From the NCBI GenBank assembly GCA_900548385.1, contig URKJ01000012.1, positions 24,101 to 88,100 of the forward strand: DNA of 64,000 bases, given 5' to 3'. This document shows positions 63,947 through 64,000 of the stretch, in pieces. The notes below the pieces were generated by a model. It was not told the DNA's origin. It made no database searches and saw only the letters and a program-made list of their open reading frames with translations. Both the position numbers and the translations under genes were made by a program. Source of the stretch: an uncultured bacterium (GTDB lineage: Bacteria; Verrucomicrobiota; Lentisphaeria; Victivallales; UBA1829). The stretch's first letter is position 1. Each line of letters opens with the position of its first letter.

Positions 63947-64000
63947 ATGAATGCGAATCAACTCAGATCGAAATTTTTGGAATTTTTCAAGAGCAAAGGG
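63947..64000 (+). CDS. alaS: alanine--tRNA ligase, first 18 codons (3' end outside the window)
   Basis: MNANQLRSKFLEFFKSKG matches the typical AlaS N-terminus (..R..FL.FF..KGH). GGGAGG lies upstream. An in-frame ATG at 63914 is an alternative start. Confidence 0.65.
   Translation, partial: MNANQLRSKFLEFFKSKG

Noticed and set aside
1-64000. The 8-mer palindrome TTCCGGAA as a global regulatory motif. It was seen in several intergenic regions, for example near 1946, 11117, 12174, 19634, 28480 and 44729.
   Set aside because: The same 8-mer also occurs repeatedly inside coding regions (for example in the GT2 fusion gene and rimO). CCGGAA/TTCCGG are abundant because of Pro-Glu and Phe-Arg codon pairs. 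Without a count against background, no enrichment can be claimed.
1-64000. A search for CRISPR arrays, rRNA genes, transposases/integrases, prophage genes and long tandem repeats.
   Set aside because: None was found by reading the ORF translations and the intergenic DNA. The only exact repeat of note is the 26-mer at 9799 and 11058. The repetitive amino-acid pattern in the coiled-coil gene is not a DNA-level tandem repeat.

Overview
This 64-kb window reads as a bacterial chromosome segment. It holds about 50 protein genes and one tRNA-Lys. I found no rRNA, CRISPR array, transposase or integrase. About half of it is housekeeping: mutS; ptsH-ptsI-ppiB; adk-map-infA, tRNA-Lys, gmk-coaC; rimO-pgsA-hflX-(giant coiled-coil gene)-ybaB-recR; mlaEFD; and the start of alaS. 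The rest is glycan utilisation: hexuronate genes uxaB, uxaA and uxuA, a Gfo/Idh/MocA oxidoreductase, an alpha-galactosidase-like enzyme, a sialate-O-acetylesterase-like enzyme, GH127-like and GH99-like proteins, and several LacI/AraC regulators. The most notable signal is a recurring compact module. It runs AraR-type regulator (GntR HTH plus LacI-type sensor), then an H-X9-DG prepilin-like protein, then a very large signal-peptide-bearing glycoside hydrolase. It occurs three times (33006-39247, 44324-39330 on the minus strand, 55218-59740). A fourth variant (10954-3997, minus strand) uses divergent LacI regulators and a duplicated 26-nt upstream element. No pilus or T2SS assembly genes are present, and all four pilin-like proteins lack the canonical Gly(-1). 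Other leads are a 184-nt strongly structured RNA element in a promoter-driven leader upstream of a GT2/pyruvyl-transferase fusion gene, an orphan consensus promoter followed by two terminator-like hairpins upstream of rimO, a 1249-aa exported coiled-coil protein where dnaX normally sits, and an NYN-cold-shock-domain fusion upstream of mlaEFD. The many H-X9-DG pilin-like genes beside glycosidases suggest a PVC-superphylum organism (Lentisphaerota/Victivallales- or Kiritimatiellota-like); this is inference only. All calls come from reading the ORF translations and the DNA by eye; no searches or computations were run.
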